Below are positions 25,576 through 39,319 of a DNA stretch of 64,000 bases, in pieces. Under the pieces are notes generated by a model. That model did not search any database, was not told where the DNA came from, and saw only the letters and a list, made by a program, of their open reading frames with translations. A program made the position numbers and the translations under genes. This stretch comes from Setoptus koraiensis (taxonomy: Eukaryota > Animalia > Arthropoda): positions 2,914,001 to 2,978,000 of the forward strand of contig CM106585.1 in NCBI GenBank assembly GCA_048013815.1. The letters are read 5' to 3'. Numbering within the stretch: the stretch's first letter is position 1; every line of letters starts with the position of its first letter.

Positions 25576-27047
25576 GGTTATGTGTGTTACCCCTAATATT
25601 ATGTCCTGTAGATCGCGTTGAATTGATTATTTAGTACTGATTTGTTGTAGTTGGTGTTTGTTCTAATTATAATAATATGATTGTGGTTGGCTCAATTTAA
25701 TTAGCATTGGTGGCCTTGTTGAGGTAACAATGACTTGAATTGGTATTGTCGTTGTGAGGCATATTTCTGTATTGATGATAACACAGTATGATGTGAGTAT
25801 AGACACACACAGAGAGTGGTTGGCTGTAGCGCAGTGATTGTTGTGGTTGTCGTCAATGTATGTATGTATGTATGTCTAACTCTAAATACACCAGTGTTTG
25901 TTTAAGCGATATTTATTATTATAATACTACGATATGTGTGTAATATAGCTGATAGAGAGTAAAATATGGTTTGTGGTGGTGTGATTGGCCGGTGAGACAC
26001 GGCACTGATGATTGATTTGTTGTTGTTGTTGCTATATTGGTTGTTGGTGGTGATTGTGATTATTGATTCTTCTTGCCATGAGATAGATATTTTCAATTAA
26101 TGTGTGTCCAAGTGTCTGATAGTGGCGACGATCATGGCAAAGATAATGAAAGAGTTGTGTGTTTGCTCTATTCGATCACGGCGTCGGCTTGAGTAATTAA
26201 TAATGATGGTGGTAATAATAATAGTGGTAATAATTAGAATAGTAATAGCAATTAGTAATAATAATATTTTAGCATAGTGGCTGCGACAATGATGCTGCTG
26301 GTGCGATGATCTTATTAATGGTGTCGGCGGCAGTCGGCGGAGAATGGGTATGGTGTGATATTAAAACTACATCATTATATGGTTGAGTGTGCCTTGCGAA
26401 TGCTTTGCGACAATACTAAACAGCGCACAGAGCGACACACAGACAGGCAGAGAGCGCAGCGCACACACACACACACACACACACAAGCCATTGGCGGAAA
26501 GGTTGCGAAAATATAATTCACCAAATAAACTAGCAATGCCAAAGCACAGCCAGCAGCAGCAAGCAAAAGTACCAGACTGTTCTCTGTTTGTTCGTCTGAG
26601 TCCCGCTGAGTCCTCGTACGGCACACGGCGCTCGGCGCGACTCAGCGCGACTCGGCGTGTGCCAGCGCTGTTGGCCCAAGACTTACGCTGCTCTACGGTG
26701 CAGCAGCGACTCACTTGAGCTGCTCGACTTGAGCGCGACTTGCGTTCCGAGCGATGAGCCAGCAGTGCGCGTTTGTGCGCCAGACAGTTTAAGTCGCACA
26801 CACACGGTCTGCTGTGCCTAATTCGCCGCCGTCGTCTAACAATTGTGACCTTGTGGCAAGCGGCGGCGCAAACGCCATTCGTTCGCAATAGCAATAGGCA
26901 ATTCCCAATTCGCTGCCTGAACAGTTCGGGCCGACAGGCACCGTGCGCTGGCCATGCATGCACTTTGTGCTCCTTGCGCTCGACAACGGCTCACCTTAGC
27001 TCACCTCCACTCCTCACCTCATCTCCCTTTTTTCGTCTTGCCCAGCT

Positions 27048-27079
27048 CACACTGTTCAACAGTGACTGCTGAAATACGA
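27048..27079 (+). repeat. 32-bp dispersed element, copy 1 (second copy at 33225-33256)
   Basis: CACACTGTTCAACAGTGACTGCTG(A/G)AATACGA, 31/32 identical between copies; core palindrome CACTGTT-C-AACAGTG. Confidence 0.8.
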
Positions 27080-27669
27080 CACACACACTCACGCCGACCA
27101 GTGCTGTTGTGGCTGAAAGTTGGCCGAAGAGAGCCAAACACACACACACACACACACACAGTGATAGCGACTGTTTGGTTGCGCAGCAGCCAGCGAGCTT
27201 AAATGTGCCAAATGGTGACTCATGTGCATCGTCGATGGCATCGTTTGGCCTACGGCCGACAAGACACACAGGAACAGACCGGACCAGTGACAAGCCAGTG
27301 TGCGCAGTTATTCCCGCAACTGGCGACAGTGGCCAGTTGCGAGTGCCAGTGTGAGTGCGCACAATATACACCAAAGGTTAGGTCATGTTGTTGTGCAATT
27401 GTCGCTGTTCGCTCGCGGCCCCCTAGCGGCCGGACCGGAGGAAACAAACCGCGCAGCACTGAACGATGATGCGCCCGGTTGGCTGGTTCATGTCGGTGTC
27501 GATGTTGCTGTTGCTGTCGCTGCTGTCGGCATATTAGACTAATATTGTTAGTGCGGCGGCATCGGTGGCGCCGTGCCACGGCGTCTGCCAACGACAATTA
27601 CCATCAGACAACCCATTTAACTTTTGCCAGCATCAGACTGCTTCGCTAGCAACAGCGGCGGCAGCATCC

Positions 27670-27753
27670 ACAACGACAGCAACAACGACAGCAACAACGA
27701 CGGCAACAACGACAGCAACAACGACAGCAACAACGACGGCAACAACGACAGCA
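27670..27753. repeat. 12-bp tandem repeat x7 (ACAACGAC(A/G)GCA) with a 36-bp higher-order pattern
   Basis: Variant order is A,A,G,A,A,G,A. Confidence 0.8.
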
Positions 27754-30700
27754 ACAACAACAACAACGCACACACTGTCGCCATATAGCGCCGCGCAGTC
27801 TGCCCGCATTACCTGATAATTATGGCATATGCTGCGAGCACCAACTGCATGCAACCCGGTCAATGTGCTGCCGCTGCCGCCCAATGGTGAGAACCAGCGC
27901 CCCGCCTGGCACCATCGCTTTGCAGGAGCCCCATTCCTCGGCTGGCTCACTGTGAATATTGCAGCAACGTCGCAATGTCGAGCTGTTGACTTGGTGACGA
28001 CGACGACGACGCAACGTGGAGTGAAGTGGGCGCCACCAGCGCCAATTAAGCAATCAAGGTCGCCGCCGCGTGCCTCTATTGCGGCAAGCTAGCTGGTGGG
28101 CCAACCATTCAGTCACATGTCACATGGTCGTGCTATCTCGTTGGACTGTGTGCTTCTACGAGTCACTCTTCCTTGTGTGCCATTTCTCCACATCTTGCTT
28201 CCGTTGCTATGTTCTGTTGCTGCAATATGCGGCCATATTGTGCAAGCATCCAAACAACAATTGGCTAATGATAATATTAGCAATTATTGTTGTTGTTGTT
28301 GTTGCTGTTGTTTGTGCGACTGCGACTGCGATTGCCTCATGATTGTCGTCGCTCACGGCGAGTTGTCAATGTCGAAAGCAACAGCGAAAGTGCCTACCAT
28401 TGGCAAGTTGCTGCTAGAAATGGCGCGCTTCTTATCTAGCTAGCAAGTCTATTACGCAAATTAGCAGACAAGGTTAGTGGTGGTCAGAGTTACAAGTTGC
28501 CATTGTGACTCACAATTGAGTGTGTGTGTGTGTGTGCGTATGACATTGTGCGTACAGTACATGTAGGTGTGCGTCACTCGTTTATTTCAAATAATGTTAC
28601 ATAACGCTAATTGAAAATCGAATCAGATTTTGATGTTGAGCAACGCAGATGACAGACATTTTCGTGTTTATTACAAGCAGTTGGCAACAACAGCAGCATT
28701 CGATATTAATGAGACGCACATGATAATTAATAGTGCAACCACAGACACACTATCACTATCGTCGATAGTCACTCTAGAGTGTAGTGACAGAAATGATGTA
28801 ATGACTGTTATCACATAAACACGATGCCATCATGTCGAAACAATTTGTGTGTCGCTGCCGCTATTAACTGCTGCCGCTGCTGCCATCAAGATAGTGCAAA
28901 AGGGATGATGTAATTAGCTTACAAGAGAGCAGGCGAGTATTAGCAAATCTTTGACTGTTTGGCATATGCTTGCTTTGTACAGTACGCACACAATTATGTT
29001 GTACAGACAGATTTTTTATTACTAATGACGAGGCACGACGACGTCGACGACGACAAGTTTAGTTATGTAATCGCGCGCATCTAGCAAGCGCGCGAGAGCA
29101 ACTTTTATTTATTTTGTTGATACTGGCACATTGGCCTTTGCTGCTTGTGAGCTTGCAAAGTTTGCTCTCGCCGTCTACTGTATGAGGGCGGCTAGACCGA
29201 GCAAGCGATTGTTTGTCGTTACGAGATGAATACTGCATTATACAGGCCTGTATTGCAGTATTCATCAGTACAGGTGATCGGCGTGAGCTAGCCAGCGTCG
29301 GCAGGTTTGTATTTTGGCGCCCTTTTTGGCCCATTATCGCGTTTACACGCACATGAGTTACTCATGATGAGTATGATACCCACAATCATACTCAACAGTG
29401 TATCGTGGGGAGAGTGTGAGCTCATGAGCACACATACGAGTGCTGCGCAATACAACAGTGGCGCAGTCAAGCGTTCGCTGGCGAGCGAGCCAACGAGCGG
29501 CAAGCGAGCCGATGAGCGGCAAGCGTTCGCTGGCAAGCGAGCCGATGAGCAGTAAGCGAGCGAGCGAGCTAACTACTTTATTGTGGTTGCCGAGAGAGTT
29601 TTGCAACTTGCAGCGAGACTTTTCATGCGACCAACAAACACACAATACGCAAATTGAATGCGCAATCTTCAATCAGTTGCCAGTTTGTCTATCCAGAGTC
29701 TAGAGTGTAGACTGTGTGTTCAATTGCGTTGGCTATTGTGCAAAATGGGGCATGCACACTCCCATTACAGGTTGCTTTTGTTGTTGCTGCTGTTGCCGTT
29801 GTTGTTGCTGTTGTCGGTGTCGTTGTTGTGGCTGCTGTTGTTGCTGCTGCTGTTGCGTTTGGCAACGTCGAGCGAGACACCTTGCGCCACACTTGCTGCC
29901 ACTACGCCGATCGTCGGATTGTAAGTCGGATTGGTGTGCGCAATTGAGTGGCAGCAGCGAGCGGCGCTTGTTGCTGTCGCTGTTGTTGTTGTTGTGGCGG
30001 TATGCTGTTTGCAAGCGCACTAAAACATTATAACATTATGTTGTCGTTATTATTATATTATCTGACACAGATGGAGCTGGCCGCTTGCACACAGACACAG
30101 AGCACACCGTGATAATCATGCCATGATTGAGCCACTCTATTTACAAGTGTCGTCGTCGCATCTTGCCCTCTATCGCTCTCTAATCCAGTTACACGCCCGC
30201 CGCGCGGGCCCCGCTGATTATCGGCCAGAGCGGGCGATACAACTTTTATCATACAAGCGCCGGGCTAACATTGCCTGATTGGCCCCCCTAGCTCGTAGGT
30301 GTCGTTGTTGGCTCGCTGGTCGATGCCATCGGCCGGCCTGTGTGGCTCGCGATTGACAACTTTGTGGGCACCACCGTGCGCACTACTTGTGCACTACTTG
30401 TGGGCACAGCAACAGCAACAACAGTAACAGCAGCGACAGCAACAACAACAACAGCAGCGACAGCGGCAACAACAACAGCAGCGACAGCGGCAACAACAAC
30501 AGCAGCGACAGCAGCAACAACCACGACGTGACATTTCGCTCGCCGTGCACACTGGCGCGGCACAAGCGCACATCTGTGCCATCGCCACCGCCGCTCTGCG
30601 ACTCACACACACACACACACACACACACGCAGGCTGCGAAAAGCGGAACAGCAAGAGTGGTAGAAGGTTGCATTGTGTGTGTGTGTGTGTGTGTGGCTGT

Positions 30701-33224
30701 CATCATTTGGGTCACACAAACAAGGACGACGGGGGAAGCGCTTGGATGCGAGGCGTGCGCTTGTGCCGCCAAAGGTTGTTGCCGTCCCCATATCAACTAG
30801 ATTCGTGCCCCCAAAACTTGACGGCCATGGACTCAGCGCTCTGTGACACTGGATCGTTCTCGTTTCTCCGCATTTATCACACACACACACACACACACTC
30901 ACGACTACAACTGTTCACAGCGCGAGCGCACTGAATGAAGGATGTCGCTCATCTGATCGCAACTACAACTATCACAACCATTATACTATTTAGTATTTGT
31001 AGTGTGCGGCTACAGTGTCGACGCACACATGCCAGCTCCGCCATAAGTGTGTCCTTTAATCCGACGACGGCGGCGTCGACGACGTCCAATCGGTTCGCAG
31101 CTCCAAGTTCGAATCGAATCGCCGAACGCGACAAAACAAAATCGAATCAATCCGGGGGTCACCGCTCACCGCCAACCGGCCCTCTGTGGCACGGCCGGCG
31201 GCCGGCGGCCGCGCGGCTTTGCGGCACGGTCGCAACCATTGGCCGCTCGATGCTTGCCACCGGCACAGTGTGTGTTTGTCTGTGACCGCCAGCACCCAAG
31301 TCGCGCGCGCTTGACCGCGCCCGAGCGCGCCGCGCGACCCGGCCCGGCCCGCACTGGGCGTCAACTGCAGCAGAACGGACAGCTTGCGGGAATGGACCGT
31401 ACATGTGTCTGGCACGTACAGGCGGTCCCGTGCGCCGCTCCGGCCGCCAGCCCGGCCCAGCCGAGCGACCCGACCCGAGTCGAGCGGAGCGACCCGAATC
31501 CGAGCGGAGCGACCCGAGGGCCGCGAACAGCGCGTGCTGTTTGTGTCAACAGTGCACGCGGCATGCCAGACGCGTATCGCCAGCGCAAGGTACGGGCACG
31601 AGCACGATTACACAAGACTGTCGCGACAAGAGTGAAGGCGCTCGATGAAACGGCGACGGCATCACACGAACGCCCGGTTGCTGCAGCCAGAAGGACGCCA
31701 AACAATGAACGCGCCTGCCCGTCGACAGTGTCGACTTTGCCGAGCTTGCCGAGCTTTTCGCGCGACTGTCGACTTTGCCGAGCTTGGCCTTCGCCGATCT
31801 GTGCCGCGTGCGCTGTGCGTTGCGCCTTCTGTTCGTGTAACTCTTTCTCTCTCCGTTTGGCGAGCTTGTTTCGGGGCCGCACAGTTTGTTGCAGTTTGTT
31901 GCTGTTTGGCGAGCCTCTAACAATGTTTTTCTAATTGCTGTTGCTATTAGAAACATGGCCATACTGTTATTGCGATACTTGACGCACGCACACGCTGTCA
32001 GGGCGACTGTGTGGCAAGCCTGCGACGAGCAGTGTGAGGCGAGTGCAAAAGATGACTGTTGTGAAAGCCAGTCAGCTATCATCGGTTATCAGATTGTTGT
32101 TGCCGTTATCGTCATTGTCATCTTGGCTTGTTAGCCGGCCCAATTTCCGACTGCGCGACTCGCTAACATTGTAAGTCTGCCCACGGGCAGCCCTATACGC
32201 TCGCGCGTTGAAGCCTTTTCGCGCCAGCAACCATTGGGCTGCGTTCAATCGAGACGCGCGATTGCAAGGACTTGTCAGGGTCAAGGTAAGCGCGCTTTAT
32301 CCACTCTGCTCTCGCTGGCTGCCAGAGGCTGTTAAAGGTGGCAAAGGTTGTGGCTGACGAAGCTTGTGGCTGGCGATAGTTGTAGATGGGCGCTCAAGGA
32401 CCACACAACAACCACGCCAGCTACACTGTGCGGCTGCAGTGTGCGGCTAGACAGGGCGATGGCTGCTTATCGCGTCTCAAGATACTATCTACACAGTGTC
32501 AAGACAGTGCCAAGACCCTATCAAGACAGTATAAAGACAGTATCCAGACAATATCTAGACAGCATCGAGCCTTGCGGCTGCCTGCAAGATAGGTGCGGAT
32601 GCGCGTGCAACTCGGCGTGTGCGTGCTCTCAATTAGTGTGCGCAATTAGCGCGCAAAAGTTGGCACGCGAAGCGAGCGCTCACAGTGCACAAAGCGCACA
32701 AAGCTCACAAAGCGCTGCGATCGAAAGTAGCTCGTGGTGAATTTGCACTCGCACAAGCTTGTCAGTCGGCTATTATATTGATGGGGCCAAGTCGTGTGAT
32801 ACGAATCGCATTGGCCCCATCAATATTGGCCGACTGGAACAGACGTTGCAGCGAGAGCGTGCGCTCAATCCGGATTAATTGGCACAGACTCTGTGACGGC
32901 CAAGCGGCCAAATTGGATCAGCGACTTGACACTGTTGCAGCTCACCAGTGGCCAGTGGCCAGTGTTTTGTGTGTCCTGCACTGTCCGCCAGTCGACAAGT
33001 TGTATGACCAGTCGACTGGCGGAGAGCGCAGGAACTGCCCAGATACTTGCACTTACCTTGTGAGTCACAAGTTGTGAGACGAGCACAATATGACCTGGCT
33101 TCGGCGGCCGAAGCGAAAGCTCAACAAAACAATGATGCGTCGCACTCTCATGTTTGTGTGTATCATTGCCCACTAACAACTTGCAACAGCAACACCGACC
33201 GGCCATACAACTTGCCGATACACA

Positions 33225-33256
33225 CACACTGTTCAACAGTGACTGCTGGAATACGA
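33225..33256 (+). repeat. 32-bp dispersed element, copy 2
   Basis: Matches 27048-27079 with one mismatch. Confidence 0.8.
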
Positions 33257-36200
33257 ACACACGGACACACAGGCCAAACTCAACAGGTAACACACATTTG
33301 TTGTTGTCCGATCGGGCTCAGCTATTTGTCTGAGTCGCTCTCGAGTGTGTGTGCGTGTCTGAGCTTGGGTCAACGCCTCACCAGGGCACAGCGGTGGATC
33401 ATATCATGCAATCAACATGGTGATCGTGTGCCAGTTCATTGTCAATGGCAGTTCATTTGTTTGTCGCTGTGGCTGCCGGCCATCGCTGATGGTCATCGGC
33501 AATGGCGTCATCACTAGTGGTTAGTGAGCACTTGTGTGCGCTGTTGTACATGGCGGCACATTGCGCTTAAGACGGTCACCTTGTTTGTGGCCCGTCTAAC
33601 AAAGTGAGCTGCTATCACTCACTGTTGGCGGGCTTGCGTACCCGCGGCCGGCCCGGCCCGGCTCGGCCCGACCTGTTTGACATGTCGGTGCGCGGCGCGC
33701 GTTGCAACACTGCCGCTCGACGGCCACGGTGCTCGCATATATAAATCCCAATATAATACACATTATAATACTGGATATATTGTGTATACTGGTGGCACAT
33801 AAATGCCGATGCAATTTCAATTATTTTGCCGGCCTTCTGTTGTTGTCGGCGGGCGGCGTTCGCGATCGACAACAGCAAGCAAATTTGCTGCTTGCCTGCA
33901 TCTTGCGCCATATCTGCTCACCCGTCGGCCATGGTTGGTGTGAGTCTGGTCGCTATGAGTTGCCTCCATTGCCATTTAGGGCATTAGCGGGCCATTTAGG
34001 CCAGCAGCAACAGTGGCCAGCAACAACAAAGTTATGTAACAGCCATTGTGCGCGCGAGCCATTGTTGATGCTGCCACCGTGCTCCACCGTGTTGGCCGTG
34101 CTGGCCGTGTTGGCCGTGTTGGCGCTTGCAAGGCGCATCTCGGCCACAAAGCCGGCCAGCGCCACCGTTGCCACTGTTGGCCTGTCGGCGCCGCTGGACG
34201 GCGCAGAGCGCCGTCGGACGCCAGAGAGCGCTGTGAACTGGATCAGGGCGAGCGGCCACCGAGACGCAGGACGCTCCAGTTGCAGCACTTGTGCCAGCCC
34301 TGGTGGCTGCCCAACGCCGACACACACACACAACAATGGCATGTGTCAATTGAGGCCAAATTGGTCAAGTAGAGCGGTCATTGAGCACGCACACAAGCGT
34401 TGGCGAGACAGCGAGCCAGCAACAGAAATAGACAGAGATGACAGACGGAGTGGCCACTTTCAATTGGGCACTCGCCGCCAGTTGACACGGCCTGTTATGC
34501 GCCGACCAGCCGACCTGCCCACCGTCAGTGTGCGACACCCGCCGGCCAGCCGACCGTCGGTGTGCGATACCCGCCGACCAACTGACAGTCAGTCAGCGGC
34601 CCGGGCCGGGCCGGCCCACCTGAGATGTCAAATGCCGACAGACGGCCTTTGGCGCCGGTCTTGGCGAGCGACACAAGGAGAGAGTGCATTGTTGAGCGTC
34701 TGGCCACTTGGCCGGTCTGGCCTTTGGCCGGTCCGGCCGACAAGTTGGCTGACTTTGCGCAAACAGCTGACAGGCGCGCTCACAAATGACGGACTGTGTG
34801 ACACGATGAGTGGTGCACAGGGTGGCGGGGTGGTGCAGAGTGGTGCAGAGAGTGCACAATTCGGTGCACCACAACATAACTAGCCAGTGGAGAGAGAGAG
34901 AGAGAGAGAGCGAGAGAAATATAAATGAGAGTTGAACGTCCCTCAATGACAGTGCAATGAACTTGTGCGCAACTTTTTCCGATCGCGTTCAACGCACACG
35001 CACGCTCCTCTCACCTTTGCGCGCTGTTGCGAGCTATGCGCCTGTTAGTGGCTGATCGCGCGGCTATCATGCAACTTTTGCAGTACAGTTACAGCATTAG
35101 TTATGCCAGCCTATGGCCGACACTCGCTGTGCCAGATGTTCACGGGGGCGCACACTGTGCTGATTTCTGGCGGCGTTCCATGCGTCGTCCAGTTGTTACG
35201 CTCGCACATTGTAGTATACACTTATATACAGTATAAGTTGGAGACTTGTCCACTTTGCGCACACACACACACACACACACGCACACAGACACAACGACGA
35301 CGCTGTTGAGCAGCGGCAGCAACGAACGTTCGCACGGCCAGTTGTTGTCGGCCGTGTGACCCCTCTAACTGGCTGGCGTCCCCCGTGCGCCAGCCCCCCC
35401 CCGCGCATTGCGGCCCCCTCTTTGTGTGTCCAATAGCAGCAGCGTTTAGCGTTAGCGAAGGCTCATCGAACAAGTCGAAATTATAATAAGGAACACGGAG
35501 GGGGGGGGGCACGAAGCGGGCACGAAGCGCGCCGCTGCCCCCGCCTACTGTCACTGTTGCGAGCTGATGGGTCGCTGCTTCTAATATATTACAACATTTA
35601 TACTGTATATGTTACATGTACCTACTACAACTGCCATAATAAGGACACGGCCACTTGCGCACTCTTGTGGCGCACTGTGGCCACTTTTTTCAAAGCAGTG
35701 GCATTCTTGCCAGCGACAGTGGCGCCCTCTTCCGGTCACCGTTGACAAGCTCGCCAGCACACAGTGGGCGATGGCGCCAAGCTTGATTAGCCCGTTTTGT
35801 CAAGATCACCATCACTAGACAAGTTTGAGAGTAGTGGCACAGAACGGATTGACGCGCACTATTTGCCTATATGGGCCATATGCAAATCATACAAACCTCA
35901 TGCAATCATACTGCAAATTGGTGAGACGGGCTCGCCCCCCTTTAGAGAACCCGTTAGAGAACCTAACGGACCCGTCTTGTTTGGGGCAGAGGCGGCTCGT
36001 GGGGCCAAGTTCGCTTGCCGGTTACAATGTGCAAACCGAACATTGACGACCGGAACAGGCGAAATCATGTGACGACTTCTTGTTTTCTGGTTCAAGTGCT
36101 CGGGCCCCAACCAGCCAATTTTGCTTGGCCAGCGCTGCTCGCCAACCACCCTCACAAGTTGTCAGTGCTACACACTCATATGGCATTAGTATAGGAAGCT

Positions 36201-39200
36201 TCAAGGTGAACTGTCTCAAATATCGCCTATTTATCGCCAGACAAGCTCGACCCCTATATGCCCCTCATACCACTGACATGCGTCAATTTTGCGAGGCCGT
36301 TTAACTGGATAGTCAGGCGAGCTGTGACAGCACCCAAACAATTCTTGCTGTGGCAATTGTCAACAACTTACTCAAGTGCACCGAATTTCGACACGTCATG
36401 TCTACTGGGCCTGTTCATCTCGAGCAGTGGCTCAAATTGCTTGTCACATATTGTTTATGCAAGGACCATGCATTTGTCATAGGCCATACGTGATATGTTA
36501 TGGCCAATCACAAATTGATCTAGCTACAATATGTTAAAATTGTCTTATCTCCTGGGATGCTGCCGCTTTTGTCTCTCTAAATTGATTAAATCGGCACGTT
36601 CTAAGTTGATCAATGTCCGACTTGCTAATCGATTCGCCTGTAACGGCAAATGTAGACAGTCAGTCAGACTGACACATGCGACAGGCATATGTGAACCTGA
36701 CAAGGTGGAACCTCACTGTGAGTGGATCGTGGCTGCAGGTAAGCCGGCGTAAGGTGCCCAAAGGACAGCTCATCGACTAAATTTGCATCTGTAATTGGTC
36801 AAAACAAAATGCAAACGGCATCAAAACAACGAAATTACAGTGCACCTATTATGCAACGTTTGCTGACACATTGATCACGATGCGTGTACGTACAAGGCAA
36901 TTGCTTGAAATTTGTTGTATATCTACTACACCTATTAATGAGATGCATATTCAACCTATTTGTCGCATTATTATCTTCGCACACCTTGGTGCACAAATTA
37001 TGCATTGCTGTCTTGCCAACGAATCATGAGCATCAATTCATTTGGGCTAGCTTCGTGACAATGCTGCTTATGGTGTGCGCGATAAGCTCGTTACGTGAAT
37101 GCAATATTGCTGTGTTGCGCGTATTGAACAGCCCAAATGTACAAAGCCAATACATCTATATACTGTATATAAATCATTATGAATATAGGTGCTGACAAAG
37201 CATCAATCAACGGGCTCTCTTACAGTTGCGACTAGAACTATTATTAACTCAACTATTCACAGAATTGCTATCGACCAATGCATTATAGGCAGCAATTTAT
37301 CTCCGCTAATAGTGCTGTCATATATTGTTGTGCATGTCATTAGACATGAGACATATTGCACACCGGATCGACACATCACAATTGCAACACCAACTGATAC
37401 TCACACTCACGAACGAATTTGTTCAACCGAATCAATGGTTCCATCTGGTTCGAGACACTTGGGCCGGGCTAATATTTTTTTTTTCAGTCGCTCCACTGCT
37501 TGCGTCGGCTTTGTTGTCGTCGAAATGCAGAGATGAACGGTTATACAAGTAGTCTGGTCAACGGTAGGTCTATTCGCCAGATCGCTTATCGATTATGTGT
37601 AATTGTCTCGTGTCCTGTCTGACTGTTTATGCAATTCTCGCATGAGGCCCGCACTCACAGTCAGACCCGTCGTCAAGACAGCGCCACGGAAATCTATTCA
37701 AGCGATCAGCATAAATTATATCTGGCTTACAATCGTCTCGAGATAATCCGCTTGCTTGTGCTGAGTTAACAGAGCAGCCGACCCGCGCGCCCACTGTCAG
37801 TATTGATCATGGAATCTGTCAGCACTTTAGCCAATTCGATTTATATCATCATTCTTGGGCGACCATCCATTGTGCGACGAACGACTAAGTTCTTTAAAAC
37901 TTGCTTGACGCTCTTCATGAACTTTGTTCTCTATATGAATTGCGTGATCAGAGCAAAACAAAAGCTAGTAGCTTGTGTTTCCATATGAAATTGCCGGTCG
38001 TGCGAACGGCTGAGTCAACAGCCCGATGAACGGTCTTCATCAATAAGATAATAATTGATAAATGTGCGTTCCTCTCTCTCTCCCCGTATGTGTGACTGTT
38101 GATGGATCAATCAACAACATAACAACATGAAAATAATAATATCAATAAAATAATAACAAGCCGGCTTTTGTCCATTGATCATCAGTAGTCAGCAGTTTAA
38201 TTGTTTAGTTTGGTGAACTCTTGCCGTAAACAACAATCATCAAGATGATATTGATTACGCGGACACACATGGGCACATGGGTGTTTATCGTTAATATGTT
38301 GTTTTGATACAAATGACAATTAACAGCGAAAACCACACCAATTAGACTAATCATCGCACTAGTCTTCGATATGTGTGTTTGTGAGTACAAACAATCAATC
38401 ATCAACAAATTGCGAATGCGCTGTTGATCTTAACTATTGTATAGTTGTTGTTAGTCAGTCTAGACAGTGCGCAAATCTCGAACACAAACAAATTGTCATG
38501 ATCACCATTAGAATTATTATAACTACCTCTACCATTATTTTAGTTTTGTTATGACCCAATCTCAGATCTGAGATGTCTTATCATTGATTTGTTGGCTCGC
38601 TGTACGCACCAGAAAAATGTTTAATATCTACAAGTTGTCAATATCTATTTGCGCCATCTAAAATTTAACTGCATAGTTGGGATTCGTCCAAGTTGGTGTC
38701 GAATCATATGAATATCGTTGTAATATCAATACATGGCCAGTGGATATAATAATAAATGTGTCTCACTGGCTGAAACCAGCGCTAATCCTCTGTTATCGCA
38801 GGCAAGCTACCATTTTACACCCACTGACAAATGTCAAATCTATCGGTGCCCCGTGATCGAGTTTAGTTGACTAATACAATTATTTTTCACAGACATACAA
38901 GCAAGCCAACATTATATTCTGTTTCAATGTTACTAGTCTGATGACCAGCGATTGATAGACAAAGAGCAAATTCGTCAGTCTAGACATCTCAATCGACTAG
39001 ACACAAGTGAAAACCAGACACATTTGAGAATTTTATGATCGACATCTAGTGACGAAGGGCAAATGGAAAAAACAAGTCTACCGATCATCGATTCATCCTA
39101 AGATGTCTTTTCTACGACAAACAGCAACCATAGTAGTAGTCTAGAAGTTTATATATCGTCGACACCGTCGTCGTTGACAGTAGTAGCATCAGGACAAGTC

Positions 39201-39319
39201 ACCTAATCTATGTGTGATGCCGCATAAGTATATTGTAAATTAATCAAGTAGGCTATAAATTATAAGTTATAAATTAATACAAAACAAGACACAACACACT
39301 CATCAAGACACCTTACATA

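Noticed and set aside
31047-31934. 295-aa Arg/Ala/Pro-rich ORF
   Set aside because: GC-rich stop-poor DNA, overlapping ORFs on both strands and no domain signal.
33702-34883. 393-aa ORF
   Set aside because: Crosses microsatellites and GC-rich repeats; no recognisable homology or coherent composition.
36100-37330. Hydrophobic short frames and a CAG|GTAAG donor suggesting a degenerate membrane-protein or GR gene
   Set aside because: No consistent exon chain could be assembled and there is no TYhhhhhQF motif.
37510-37530. TTGTTGTCGTCGAAATGCAG resembling miR-981
   Set aside because: Seed mismatch and no convincing precursor hairpin.
38559-38574. Perfect 16-bp palindrome ATCTCAGATCTGAGAT upstream of the P450
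   Set aside because: About one such palindrome is expected by chance in 64 kb.
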